From assembly GCA_945872795.1 (NCBI GenBank), contig CAMCAZ010000001.1:56085-120084 (forward strand): a stretch of DNA of 64,000 nt, read 5' to 3'. The DNA is from Chryseobacterium gleum. GTDB taxonomy: Bacteria > Bacteroidota > Bacteroidia > Flavobacteriales_F > PHOS-HE28. Positions 16,759-25,054 of this stretch are shown here, in pieces. The first letter of the stretch is position 1; each line of letters starts with the position of its first letter. Below the pieces are notes generated by a model that was not told where the DNA came from, ran no database searches, and saw only the letters and a list, made by a program, of their open reading frames with translations. The translations under genes and the position numbers were made by a program.

Positions 16759-19104
16759 CTACTTGGTGTAGTAGCCATAGCCTTCCCCGTAACCCTGGCC
16801 CGGCTTCACGTCATTGAGGAGGAGGTCGACGTTGGCGATCTTCTTATCCTGGTACATCTCGCTGATCAGGCGCAGCGCACTGCGCCGGGTAAAGCCTTGA
16901 CGGACCACATAGAGGGTCACGTCGACGTGTCGCATGATGATCACGTACTCACTGACCAGGCCCATGGGCGATGCATCCACGATGATCTGATCGTACCTGC
17001 CCCTCAACTGTGCGAACAGTTCGGTGATGCGCACGTGCTCCACCAGTTCCAATGGATTGGGAGGGATCGGCCCTGCCATGATCACATCCAGCCCGGCGAC
17101 ATCGGTCTTCTTGATGATCGTATCCAGGGATTCTTCACCGATGAGATAAGTGGAAAGACCAGGTCCTTCCGGCATTTCCAGCACCGAGGCCACGCGCGGT
17201 CGGCGCATGTCCGCATCGATCAACAGGGTACGTTTTCCACTGATGGCCATGACGGTCGCCAGGTTCAATGCACAGAAGGTCTTCCCTTCGCCACTGGATG
17301 ACGAGGTGAACCCGATGATCTGTCGCTGGGTGCTCACGTTCAGGTACTGCAGGTTGATCCTTGCCGTTCGGAAGGACTCGGCCAACATGGACTTCGGCTC
17401 ATCGGGCAGGATGCGCTTCCGCTTGCTCGTGGGGATCAACGCCAGGATCGGCAAAGGGCTCAGTCGCTTAAGCTCATCGGCATCCACGATCCGGTCATTG
17501 AAGAAGTCACGGATCAGGATGAACGCCATGGGGAGCAACAGGCCCAGGAGGAGTGCGCCGCCGAGGACCACCTTCTTGTCCGGAGCCACAGGCCCCAAGC
17601 CTGCAAGTCGCGCCTCATCGATCACCACCTTGTCCACCTGGTCGGAGGCGATGGCGATGCCGGCTTCGGCACGCTTCTCCATCAGGTAATTGTAAAGGCT
17701 CTCGCTCAGTTTGAACTTCCGTTCGATGTTCCCCAGTTTGCGCTCATTCTCGGGCAACTGGTTGAACTCATAGCCGATGCGCCCCAAGCGACGGTTCACC
17801 TCGACCAAACTGATATCGGCTTGCTGAACAAGGCTTTCAGCCGTCTGGGCCAGTGAACCGGAGAGGCTCTTCATCTTCCGCTCCATGGCGATCACCGTCG
17901 GGTTGCTCTTCACCGTGGTCAGGTTCAGGGCAGCGAGATCAGCGGACAGCTTCGTGATCTCGATCACCAAGTTGTTCAGGATGGGGTCGTCGATCCCGGA
18001 GGATGAAGGAGCAGGAACGTTCCGAAGGTCTGAGGAGGAACGGATCTTCTCCAGTACGGACTGGCAATAGCTGCGGCGTCGCACCAGCGTGGATCGCTCG
18101 TCCTCCAAGCGGCTTCGCTCTTGGAACAGTTGGTCCGAGGTTCCCGTTGCGCTCATCATCCCGCCGCTGGTGCCACGGAAACCCTCCATGGAGGTCTCCA
18201 CCAGCTTCAGTGAATCGGATACGGTGCCGATCTGCTCATCGATGAAGTTGATCGTCTTCAGCCCCTTCTTCTGTTGCTTGTACAGTTCACCTTCGATGTA
18301 GGTCTCCATCAACTTATTCAGGAAGGTGCTTTCCTTCAGCACCACCTCGCCCTTGCTGCGAAGCACCACGATGTTGCTCTTGTCGCTGAGCGGCTCGGCC
18401 AGCACCTTGCCCCGGTATTCCGTCACCAGGCCCTCCAAGCTATTGATGTAGAAGAAGTGCTCCCTGCCCGCACCGTATTTCCGGTCCGCGGGGAACTCGA
18501 TCGTGAAGCCCAGATTCTTCGCAACAAAGGGCTCTCCAATGGCCACCGTCTGGTCCACCGAATAATCCTCGATGAACTGATCCATCACCTCCTGCTTCTG
18601 CACATTGTACAGTTGCACGTTGCTTCCCTTGGCCTTCACCCGATACGTGCCGGCGGTCCTGTCCACGGATACATGGATCGGCACCCCGGTGACCTGCAAG
18701 GCAACCGTGTCCAGCTTGACGAAGAAGGGTGGATACTCGAACCGTTCCACCGTAAGGAAGTTGTAGGTCTCGTAGTAGCTGATACCGAGATCCACGCGCT
18801 TCAGTGTCTTGGTGATGTTGTTCCGCGAGGTCAGCACCGAGATCTGGTCCTCGATGTCCGTGTTGCTCTGGAGATAAGAGACGCCCTTGAGGAACTCATC
18901 CTGCCCCCCTCCGAAGGAACTGCGGCTCTTCTCGCTCATCAGCATCACGGCCTGCACTCCATACTGCTTGGGTGTGGTCTTCAAATAGGCCACTGCGACC
19001 ACCAGCGCAAGGGTGGTGGTGAGCAGGAACAACCACCACTTGGCGACGAGCTTGCGAAAGATGACCCGCAGGTCGATGGTGTCGTTGATCGGCGCTGCGC
19101 TCAT
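16759..19104 (-). CDS. wzc: polysaccharide co-polymerase / tyrosine autokinase (Wzc-like, PCP-2a)
   Basis: 781 aa; N-terminal Wzz-like periplasmic domain flanked by TM helices; C-terminal BY-kinase with Walker A (SSSSGEGKTFCALNLA) and DxD (LLIDADMRRP); tyrosine-rich tail GYGEGYGYYTK. Confidence 0.85.
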   Translation of the reverse strand: MSAAPINDTIDLRVIFRKLVAKWWLFLLTTTLALVVAVAYLKTTPKQYGVQAVMLMSEKSRSSFGGGQDEFLKGVSYLQSNTDIEDQISVLTSRNNITKTLKRVDLGISYYETYNFLTVERFEYPPFFVKLDTVALQVTGVPIHVSVDRTAGTYRVKAKGSNVQLYNVQKQEVMDQFIEDYSVDQTVAIGEPFVAKNLGFTIEFPADRKYGAGREHFFYINSLEGLVTEYRGKVLAEPLSDKSNIVVLRSKGEVVLKESTFLNKLMETYIEGELYKQQKKGLKTINFIDEQIGTVSDSLKLVETSMEGFRGTSGGMMSATGTSDQLFQERSRLEDERSTLVRRRSYCQSVLEKIRSSSDLRNVPAPSSSGIDDPILNNLVIEITKLSADLAALNLTTVKSNPTVIAMERKMKSLSGSLAQTAESLVQQADISLVEVNRRLGRIGYEFNQLPENERKLGNIERKFKLSESLYNYLMEKRAEAGIAIASDQVDKVVIDEARLAGLGPVAPDKKVVLGGALLLGLLLPMAFILIRDFFNDRIVDADELKRLSPLPILALIPTSKRKRILPDEPKSMLAESFRTARINLQYLNVSTQRQIIGFTSSSSGEGKTFCALNLATVMAISGKRTLLIDADMRRPRVASVLEMPEGPGLSTYLIGEESLDTIIKKTDVAGLDVIMAGPIPPNPLELVEHVRITELFAQLRGRYDQIIVDASPMGLVSEYVIIMRHVDVTLYVVRQGFTRRSALRLISEMYQDKKIANVDLLLNDVKPGQGYGEGYGYYTK

Positions 19105-19892
19105 CAGTTCTGTGAGTTCTGGATAACGGAGATCACGACAGCCGCCGTGCTCACGGTGGCCAGGAGGATGGTGAGCAGTTCCAGGTTCAAACGTCCCGCA
19201 CGGGCACGCAACGTGGGTACATAGATCACATCATTGGGCAGCAGGTAGTAGTACTCGGAACTGAGCACATCGGTGCCCGACATATCCAGATACAAGGCCT
19301 GCACCCCCCGATCGCTCTGCCGCATCAACTGAACGTGGGTCTTATCCGCGAACTCGTTCGGACCACCGGCCATGGCCAACGCTTCCAGTACCGTGATCTG
19401 GTTGTTGTACACAAAGTAGGAACCGGGGCGCTGCACATCGCCCAGTACGCTCACCCTGAAACTGACGAGTTTGAGGATGACCGTGGCATTGGTGAAATAC
19501 TCGTTGATCTTGCGCTGCACCAGTTCCTGGGCCTCGCCCACCGTGAGCCCCTGCACCTTGATCTTGCCCACCGTGGGCAGTTGGACGTGCCCGTTCTTGT
19601 CGATGGAGAAACCGTTCACGTAAAGCGCGGCGTCATTCAGTCCCTGGAAAGCGTTCTGTCCCTCCACATTGAAGAACCGGTGGGTCTGTTCGTCGAGACC
19701 CATCACGCGGATGGACAGCACATCGTTCACTTGGATGCGGTACTCGAACTTGCGGTTCTCGAACAGCTTGCTTGAGCCCTTGCTCAGGGAAGCGTCCTCC
19801 AGGTAATTGATGTTGCGCTTGCCCATGCAACCGGTCAATAACAACAAAGCCGGGATCAGTATCCAGCCAGAACGGGAGATCGCATTCCTCAT
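19104..19892 (-). CDS. wza: polysaccharide export outer-membrane lipoprotein (Wza-like, Poly_export + SLBB)
   Basis: Lipobox LLLTGC; YRIQVNDVLSIRVMG (Poly_export) and a later SLBB-like segment. ATG (MRNAIS) confirmed at 19892; the track start at 19958 is further upstream. The stop overlaps the wzc start (TGATG). Confidence 0.8.
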   Translation of the reverse strand: MRNAISRSGWILIPALLLLTGCMGKRNINYLEDASLSKGSSKLFENRKFEYRIQVNDVLSIRVMGLDEQTHRFFNVEGQNAFQGLNDAALYVNGFSIDKNGHVQLPTVGKIKVQGLTVGEAQELVQRKINEYFTNATVILKLVSFRVSVLGDVQRPGSYFVYNNQITVLEALAMAGGPNEFADKTHVQLMRQSDRGVQALYLDMSGTDVLSSEYYYLLPNDVIYVPTLRARAGRLNLELLTILLATVSTAAVVISVIQNSQN

Positions 19893-20004
19893 ATTAAGGT
19901 CAGACCTGTTGGGGTACACTGCAGTACACCGACCGCTCGGCGAACGTTCAAGACACAACCGGTCCAGGTCAAATATACGTTCGACCCTCAGCCCGGGTTA
20001 CGCC

Positions 20005-20038
20005 GCAAGAAAAAGCCCCCCCGCAAAGCGGAGGGGCC
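20005..20038 (-). terminator. rho-independent terminator downstream of tRNA-Glu
   Basis: G/C-rich hairpin (gcccccccgc aaa gcggaggggc, one bulge) at 20015-20038. On the minus strand it is followed by TTTTTCTT (complement of 20005-20014). Confidence 0.6.
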
Positions 20039-20047
20039 TCTCTTCCG

Positions 20048-20119
20048 TAGCCCGTAGGGGAATCGAACCCCTGTTTCATCCGTGAAAGGGACGCGTCCTA
20101 ACCCCTAGACGAACGGGCC
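20048..20119 (-). tRNA. tRNA-Glu (anticodon UUC)
   Basis: Reverse complement reads GGCCCGT-TC-GTCT-AGGGGTTA-GGAC-G-CGTCC-CTTTCAC-GGATG-AAAC-AGGGG-TTCGATT-CCCCT-ACGGGCT-A. This is a canonical cloverleaf (7-bp acceptor with G1:U72, 4-bp D stem, 5-bp anticodon stem). The anticodon loop is CTTTCAC, so the anticodon is UUC. The T-loop is TTCGATT. CCA is not encoded. Confidence 0.85.
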
Positions 20120-20152
20120 ATCATGACACCCCTGCGAACAAGGGTCCCCGGT

Positions 20153-20169
20153 AAGGGACGGCAAATGTA
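20153..20169 (-). promoter_or_regulatory. Bacteroidetes-type -7 promoter element (TACATTTG) for tRNA-Glu, with the same downstream CCGTCCCTT as the rpsT promoter
   Basis: The reverse complement of caaatgta (20162-20169) is TACATTTG. The string aagggacggcaaat (20153-20166) is identical to 4403-4416. It lies about 43 nt upstream of the mature tRNA 5' end. Confidence 0.5.
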
Positions 20170-20199
20170 AACACTCGCCATGGAACCTTGCAAGCACCA

Positions 20200-20901
20200 T
20201 CACAAAACGTCCTCGACATCGGCCTGAAAGCGGAAACCGAGCCGCTTGCCGGTGCTGAGTGGACTAGCGCTGAGCTCATTCATCTCACTGACCGTCACTT
20301 GGTTCACCTGGTCGTAGGGCGGTGCCAGAAGATCGAAGTCGAGCACATAGAGGATGATGCTGTGGAGGACCTCCCGGAGACGGTCACGATCCATCTTGCT
20401 ACCCGCGAGGTCATTGTACAGGAAGCCCAACTGCCGCTTGCCCTGCACGAAGAAATGCCCCTCCTTATTCAGGAAGATCCGGGCCACCAGGTAGCCCAGG
20501 TCCCGTTCACGATTGTACTTGAACGAGTCGCTCAGAAAATTGTAGACGTTGACCACCCCGAAGTAGCCGCGCATCTCGTCCTCGGTCAGGTAATTGGTCT
20601 TCCAGAAGCTGTGGCTCTGGTCCAGCTTGAACACGTTGGTGTGCATATGGAAGATGATGACATCTCCAGCAACGCGCGCCTCACAGGCCATCGCACCCTT
20701 GTCCAGAAAGCTGACCGCCAAGCGCTTATCATGCCTGATCACTTCCTGCTCCAGGTCCATCGATATCTCCTGAAGCACTTCCTTCAACTGTTCGAAAAGC
20801 TGCAGGGTGGCTTGATACACATCCTGCTTCATGCACGACTTGGTGCGTAGAGCAGTGATGATCAGCTCACGCGGAGCGGGGGGCACGGTCTTCTCGCTCA
20901 T
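20200..20901 (-). CDS. conserved hypothetical protein (233 aa), translationally coupled to proS
   Basis: The ATG at 20901-20899 overlaps the proS stop (TGATG). The track ORF extends a further 51 codons upstream into proS, which is unlikely to be real. No recognisable motif. Confidence 0.55.
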   Translation of the reverse strand: MSEKTVPPAPRELIITALRTKSCMKQDVYQATLQLFEQLKEVLQEISMDLEQEVIRHDKRLAVSFLDKGAMACEARVAGDVIIFHMHTNVFKLDQSHSFWKTNYLTEDEMRGYFGVVNVYNFLSDSFKYNRERDLGYLVARIFLNKEGHFFVQGKRQLGFLYNDLAGSKMDRDRLREVLHSIILYVLDFDLLAPPYDQVNQVTVSEMNELSASPLSTGKRLGFRFQADVEDVL

Positions 20902-22370
20902 CAGTAGGCCCGGGCAAAGATCACACGTTGTGCACTGGGCTTGCCGGTCACCATGCATTGGCCCGGCGTTGGGTCGCCATCCAAGGGGATACAGCGGATG
21001 GTCGCCTTGGTCTCGTCCTTCACCCGCTCCTCGGTCTGCGCCGTACCGTCCCAATGGGCGAGGATGAATCCGCCCTCCTCGATCGCCACCTTGAACTCGT
21101 CGTACGTGTCGACCGCTCGTGTGCTACGCTCGCGCATGGCCAACGCCTTCTGGTAGAGGTTATCCTGGATGGCCTGCAGCAGGTGCTCCACCTTGTCGGC
21201 GATGTCCGTCATCTGCATCACTTGCTTCTCCATGGTATCCCTTCGGGCCACCTCCACAGTACCGTTCTCCATATCGCGTGGTCCGATGGCCATACGCACG
21301 GGACAGCCCTTGAACTCGTACTCGGCGAACTTCCAACCCGGTTTCTTGGTATCATCGTCGTCGAACTTGACGGTGATGCCCTTGGCACGAAGCGCCTTCA
21401 AGGTCGGCTCCACATAGGACCTGATGGCATCCAACTGCTCTCCGCTCTTCGCGATGGGTACGATGGCCACCTGGATGGGTGCCATCTTGGGAGGAAGGAC
21501 CAAGCCGTGATCGTCGCTGTGGGTCATGATCAGGGCCCCCATCAATCGGGTGCTTACGCCCCAACTGGTGGCCCATACATGTTCCTGTTTGTTCTCCTTG
21601 GTGGTGAACAGCACGTCGAAGGCCTTGGCGAAGTTCTGACCCAGGAAGTGGGAGGTTCCCGCCTGCAGGGCCTTTCCATCCTGCATCATGGCTTCGATGC
21701 AGTAGGTCTCCTCCGCCCCGGCGAAACGTTCACTGGCGGTCTTGATACCCTTGATCACAGGCATGGCCAGCCACTCCTCGGCGAAGGTGCGGTAAACCTC
21801 CAGCATGCGCTCTGTCTCTTCAATGGCCTCGGCCTTGGTGGCATGGGCGGTGTGCCCTTCCTGCCAAAGGAATTCGGCCGTGCGCAGGAACAGGCGCGTC
21901 CGCATCTCCCAGCGCACCACGTTGGCCCACTGGTTGATCAACAAGGGCAGATCACGGTAGCTCTTGATCCAGCCCCGGTAGGTGTTCCAGATGATGGTCT
22001 CGCTGGTGGGGCGTACAATGAGCTCCTCCTCCAACTTCGCATCGGGGTCCACGATGATGCCATGGACCGGATCGCTCTTCAATCGGTAGTGGGTGACCAC
22101 CGCACATTCCTTGGCAAAGCCTTCCACGTGACTGGCCTCCTTGGCGAGATAGCTCTTGGGAATGAACAGGGGGAAATATGCGTTCACGTGCCCGGTCTCC
22201 TTGAACATGCCGTCCAGGGCCTGTTGCATCTTCTCCCAGATGGCATACCCGTGCGGCTTGATCACCATGCAGCCGCGCACATCACTGTGCTCTGCAAGAT
22301 CGGCCTTGAGCACCAGATCATTGTACCATTTTGCGTAGTCCTCGCTGCGCTTTGTGAGCATATCGGCCAT
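20901..22370 (-). CDS. proS: proline--tRNA ligase (class II, archaeal/eukaryotic-type ProRS)
   Basis: 489 aa; [27 protein letters not shown]...[15 protein letters not shown]... is characteristic of the ProS type found in Bacteroidota. ATG at 22370. Confidence 0.9.
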   Translation of the reverse strand: MADMLTKRSEDYAKWYNDLVLKADLAEHSDVRGCMVIKPHGYAIWEKMQQALDGMFKETGHVNAYFPLFIPKSYLAKEASHVEGFAKECAVVTHYRLKSDPVHGIIVDPDAKLEEELIVRPTSETIIWNTYRGWIKSYRDLPLLINQWANVVRWEMRTRLFLRTAEFLWQEGHTAHATKAEAIEETERMLEVYRTFAEEWLAMPVIKGIKTASERFAGAEETYCIEAMMQDGKALQAGTSHFLGQNFAKAFDVLFTTKENKQEHVWATSWGVSTRLMGALIMTHSDDHGLVLPPKMAPIQVAIVPIAKSGEQLDAIRSYVEPTLKALRAKGITVKFDDDDTKKPGWKFAEYEFKGCPVRMAIGPRDMENGTVEVARRDTMEKQVMQMTDIADKVEHLLQAIQDNLYQKALAMRERSTRAVDTYDEFKVAIEEGGFILAHWDGTAQTEERVKDETKATIRCIPLDGDPTPGQCMVTGKPSAQRVIFARAY

Positions 22371-22468
22371 GGCCTTGAAAGTGGTATTATTTTTGTTCCT
22401 ATCCGAGCGCGGCTAAAGTACACAACCCCGCACGCCTGCTGGTGTGGAGGGTTCAACACAGAAGAACG

Positions 22469-23473
22469 ATGAACAGGTGGTCACGAGTGATACCCATGCT
22501 ACTGCTCCAGGCACTGGTGATTTCAGGTTGCGGCAGTATGCAGAACGCCACTGGCACCGTCGTGCGAGACGATGTCTACTACCTCCCTTCTACCGCTCCG
22601 GCCCCAGCCGTGGTCAACAGTTCCGTGCCGGACAAGCCGGAGGACCTTTCCCAGTTCACGGATGACTATTATGACCCCAATGCTGCCGAGCAGGTCAGCG
22701 ACCAGGGTTTCTATGACGTGGCCTATAACGACCCATACTATTACAACTATGGGCGATTCGGGTTTGGAACGACCTTGGGATACCAGACCGGGTGGGGTGG
22801 CCCGGGATGGGGCATGGGAATGGGTACGAGTTGGAACAGTGGTTATGGTTGGAACGACCCTTGGATGAGCATGAGCTATGGATGGGGCAGCCCATACTAT
22901 GGCTCACCCTATTCACCCTATGGCATGTATGCTCCCTACGGCTACTATGGCTATGGATACAATCCTTACGGAGGTGGACCGTACTACGGCCCTTGGGGGA
23001 GCTGTCAGTGTTGCTACTCCCCAGTGATCTACGGAGGAGGGAACCAAGTGATCTCCCGACATCGGACCGGCTTGACCGGTGGCGGTTCGGGCTCGATGAC
23101 CGGTCGCACGCCTGCCGGGCAGACACGCATGGTGGCCCGGGACCCCGCCGGACTTCGCCCTGCGCTCAATCCGACACCCTCCACGCGCTACAACAACCGC
23201 TCGACCACGGGGAACGGTCTCCGTGAGGTGCGTCCCGGTCAAGACCAGGTCAGACAGCCAGCCACCCGCCCCGGAACCCGGCCGAACGTAAGCTCGCCAA
23301 GCAGGGAAGGCGGCCGGCCAGCCGTCCAACAGCGGGAAGATCCGACACGCAATAGCGGATCCGACAGAGGTACGGCCGCTCCAACGCGTTCGGGTGGCGA
23401 CTCCGGCGGCAGCCGCTCCGGTGGAGGAAGTTCGGGAGGATCACGCTCAGGAGGAGGTACCAGGCCCCGGTGA
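22469..23473 (+). CDS. Gly/Tyr/Trp-rich low-complexity lipoprotein with RGG/SGG-rich basic C-terminal tail
   Basis: ATG (MNRWS) at 22469; lipobox ...LVISGCGS. A ~110-aa region is dominated by G/Y/W/P/S (GYGWNDPW, YGWGSPYYGSPYSPYGMYAPYGYYGYGYNPYGGGPYYGPWG, CQCC). It is followed by a ~150-aa R/T/P/G/S-rich tail ending GGDSGGSRSGGGSSGGSRSGGGTRPR. Confidence 0.6.
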   Translation: MNRWSRVIPMLLLQALVISGCGSMQNATGTVVRDDVYYLPSTAPAPAVVNSSVPDKPEDLSQFTDDYYDPNAAEQVSDQGFYDVAYNDPYYYNYGRFGFGTTLGYQTGWGGPGWGMGMGTSWNSGYGWNDPWMSMSYGWGSPYYGSPYSPYGMYAPYGYYGYGYNPYGGGPYYGPWGSCQCCYSPVIYGGGNQVISRHRTGLTGGGSGSMTGRTPAGQTRMVARDPAGLRPALNPTPSTRYNNRSTTGNGLREVRPGQDQVRQPATRPGTRPNVSSPSREGGRPAVQQREDPTRNSGSDRGTAAPTRSGGDSGGSRSGGGSSGGSRSGGGTRPR

Positions 23474-23487
23474 ACGATCTGCGACCC

Positions 23488-24984
23488 ATGAACAACCTCT
23501 TTCGGCGCGTGGCCATCGCGCTTGTCGGGCTCCTCTTCGTGCCTGCACTACTTGCCCAGAACGAAGTGGATGCCTTGCGTATAAGCACATCGAACCCCGG
23601 TGGCACGGGTCGAAGCACCGGATTGGCCAATGCTTTCGGCGCTTTGGGTGCCGACCCGGTCGCTGCGGGTATCAACCCTGCCGGCTTCGGCCTCTATCGA
23701 ACGAGTGAGCTATCGGTCACCCCGATGGTGGAGGTGAACGGGGTCACCTCCACGGCCTATGGGACACAGGCAGTGGACAGCAAGACCACCTTCGTGATAA
23801 ACAACTTGGCGTTGATCCTGAACAATCCCTCGAAGGGGGGGGATTGGCGCAGCGGGACCTTCGGGGTGGTGTACGACCGGCAGCAGAGCAACAACTGGCG
23901 CACCGCATCAAATGCGGAGAACGTTCCGAGCACCTTCCTGGAAGGGATGGCACTGGACGCCGACGGGATCCGGAGCGATGAGCTCTTTGACGCCCTTCCC
24001 TTTACGGCCGGTCTTGCCTGGGACACCTATGCGATCAACCTCGCCGACCCGAACGATACGTTGGGCACCACCTACTACCCCGCCATTCCGTTCGGGTCGC
24101 TGACCACCCAGGTCCATACCGTGCAGTCCAAAGGGGCATCGGCCAACACCACGTTCTTCTACTCCGGCAACTACATGGACCGGGTGTATCTGGGCCTGTC
24201 CCTGGGGCTTGCGTCACATCGTCTTTCACGTACCACCACGCACAGTGAAACGTCTGAGGACGGGACACTGGACCTGGAGAACGCGACATGGACGGAGGAT
24301 CTCAGCACCACCGGGAACGGGGTGAACGTGAAGGTCGGGGTGATCGGTCGCATCACCGATCGTTTCCGCATGGGCCTGGCCTATCACAGCCCGCAATGGA
24401 TGCAACTGACCGATGCCTTTGTGACGTCCATGGCTACCCAGTTCCGCACACCCGATGCCTTCGGTACATCACGGTATATTGCCGACTCACCGGAGTCCAT
24501 CTTCGGTTACCAGGTGAACACACCGTGGCGCCTGGTCGGGAGCGCCGCCTATATTGCCGGCGACCACGGTCTGGTGAGTGTGGATTACGAGTACCACGAC
24601 CCCCGTGGTGCACGGTTCCGACCAGCCGACGAGTTCGTCAATAGCTATGACTTCCAGTCGGAGAACACGGCCATCGTGGCATCCTTCACCCCCGTGCACA
24701 CGCTCCGCGCCGGAACGGAGTGGCGGTTCAGCAACTGGTATTATCGTCTGGGGTGGGGCATTGTCACCAACCCCTACAAGACCACTGACAGTCGGCGCGG
24801 TGATGCCTTGAAGAACTATGCCGCGGGCATCGGGTATCGCACCGACCATCTGGCTGTGGACCTTGGCATGAACCATGCCCTTCAGCAAAGCAGCACCTAC
24901 CCGTACTACCCCGACCTGGTGGAGGCCACGGTGGAGGACCGACGAAGCACCCGCTTCATACTCACGGTGAGCCTGAGGCCCTGA
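23488..24984 (+). CDS. OmpP1/FadL/TodX-family outer-membrane beta-barrel (PorV-like superfamily)
   Basis: Signal peptide MNNLFRRVAIALVGLLFVPALLAQ. The N-terminal segment GGTGRSTGLANAFGALGADPVAAGINPAGFGLY carries the FadL-type NPAG motif. Alternating amphipathic strands run to the C-terminus. The track start at 23470 is a GTG overlapping the upstream stop. Confidence 0.6.
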   Translation: MNNLFRRVAIALVGLLFVPALLAQNEVDALRISTSNPGGTGRSTGLANAFGALGADPVAAGINPAGFGLYRTSELSVTPMVEVNGVTSTAYGTQAVDSKTTFVINNLALILNNPSKGGDWRSGTFGVVYDRQQSNNWRTASNAENVPSTFLEGMALDADGIRSDELFDALPFTAGLAWDTYAINLADPNDTLGTTYYPAIPFGSLTTQVHTVQSKGASANTTFFYSGNYMDRVYLGLSLGLASHRLSRTTTHSETSEDGTLDLENATWTEDLSTTGNGVNVKVGVIGRITDRFRMGLAYHSPQWMQLTDAFVTSMATQFRTPDAFGTSRYIADSPESIFGYQVNTPWRLVGSAAYIAGDHGLVSVDYEYHDPRGARFRPADEFVNSYDFQSENTAIVASFTPVHTLRAGTEWRFSNWYYRLGWGIVTNPYKTTDSRRGDALKNYAAGIGYRTDHLAVDLGMNHALQQSSTYPYYPDLVEATVEDRRSTRFILTVSLRP

Positions 24985-25005
24985 GCCCCTCCGGCCATCG
25001 CAACG

Positions 25006-25036
25006 AAAAAGGCCCCGGCGATGCCGGGGCCTTTCA
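25006..25036. terminator. bidirectional rho-independent terminator between convergent genes
   Basis: Perfect 9-bp inverted repeat ggccccggc (25011-25019) / gccggggcc (25023-25031) with a 3-nt loop. It is flanked by aaaaa (25006-25010) and ttt (25033-25035), so it reads as hairpin plus U-run on both strands. Confidence 0.7.
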
Positions 25037-25054
25037 ACATTTATCACTCAGGGT

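Noticed and set aside
19959-20200. tRNA-Glu as an integration site with an attL/attR-type direct repeat bounding the glycan locus
   Set aside because: I looked for a second copy of the tRNA 3' segment (ttcgattcccctacgggct or its complement) elsewhere in the window and did not see one, so no island boundary can be claimed from this window alone.
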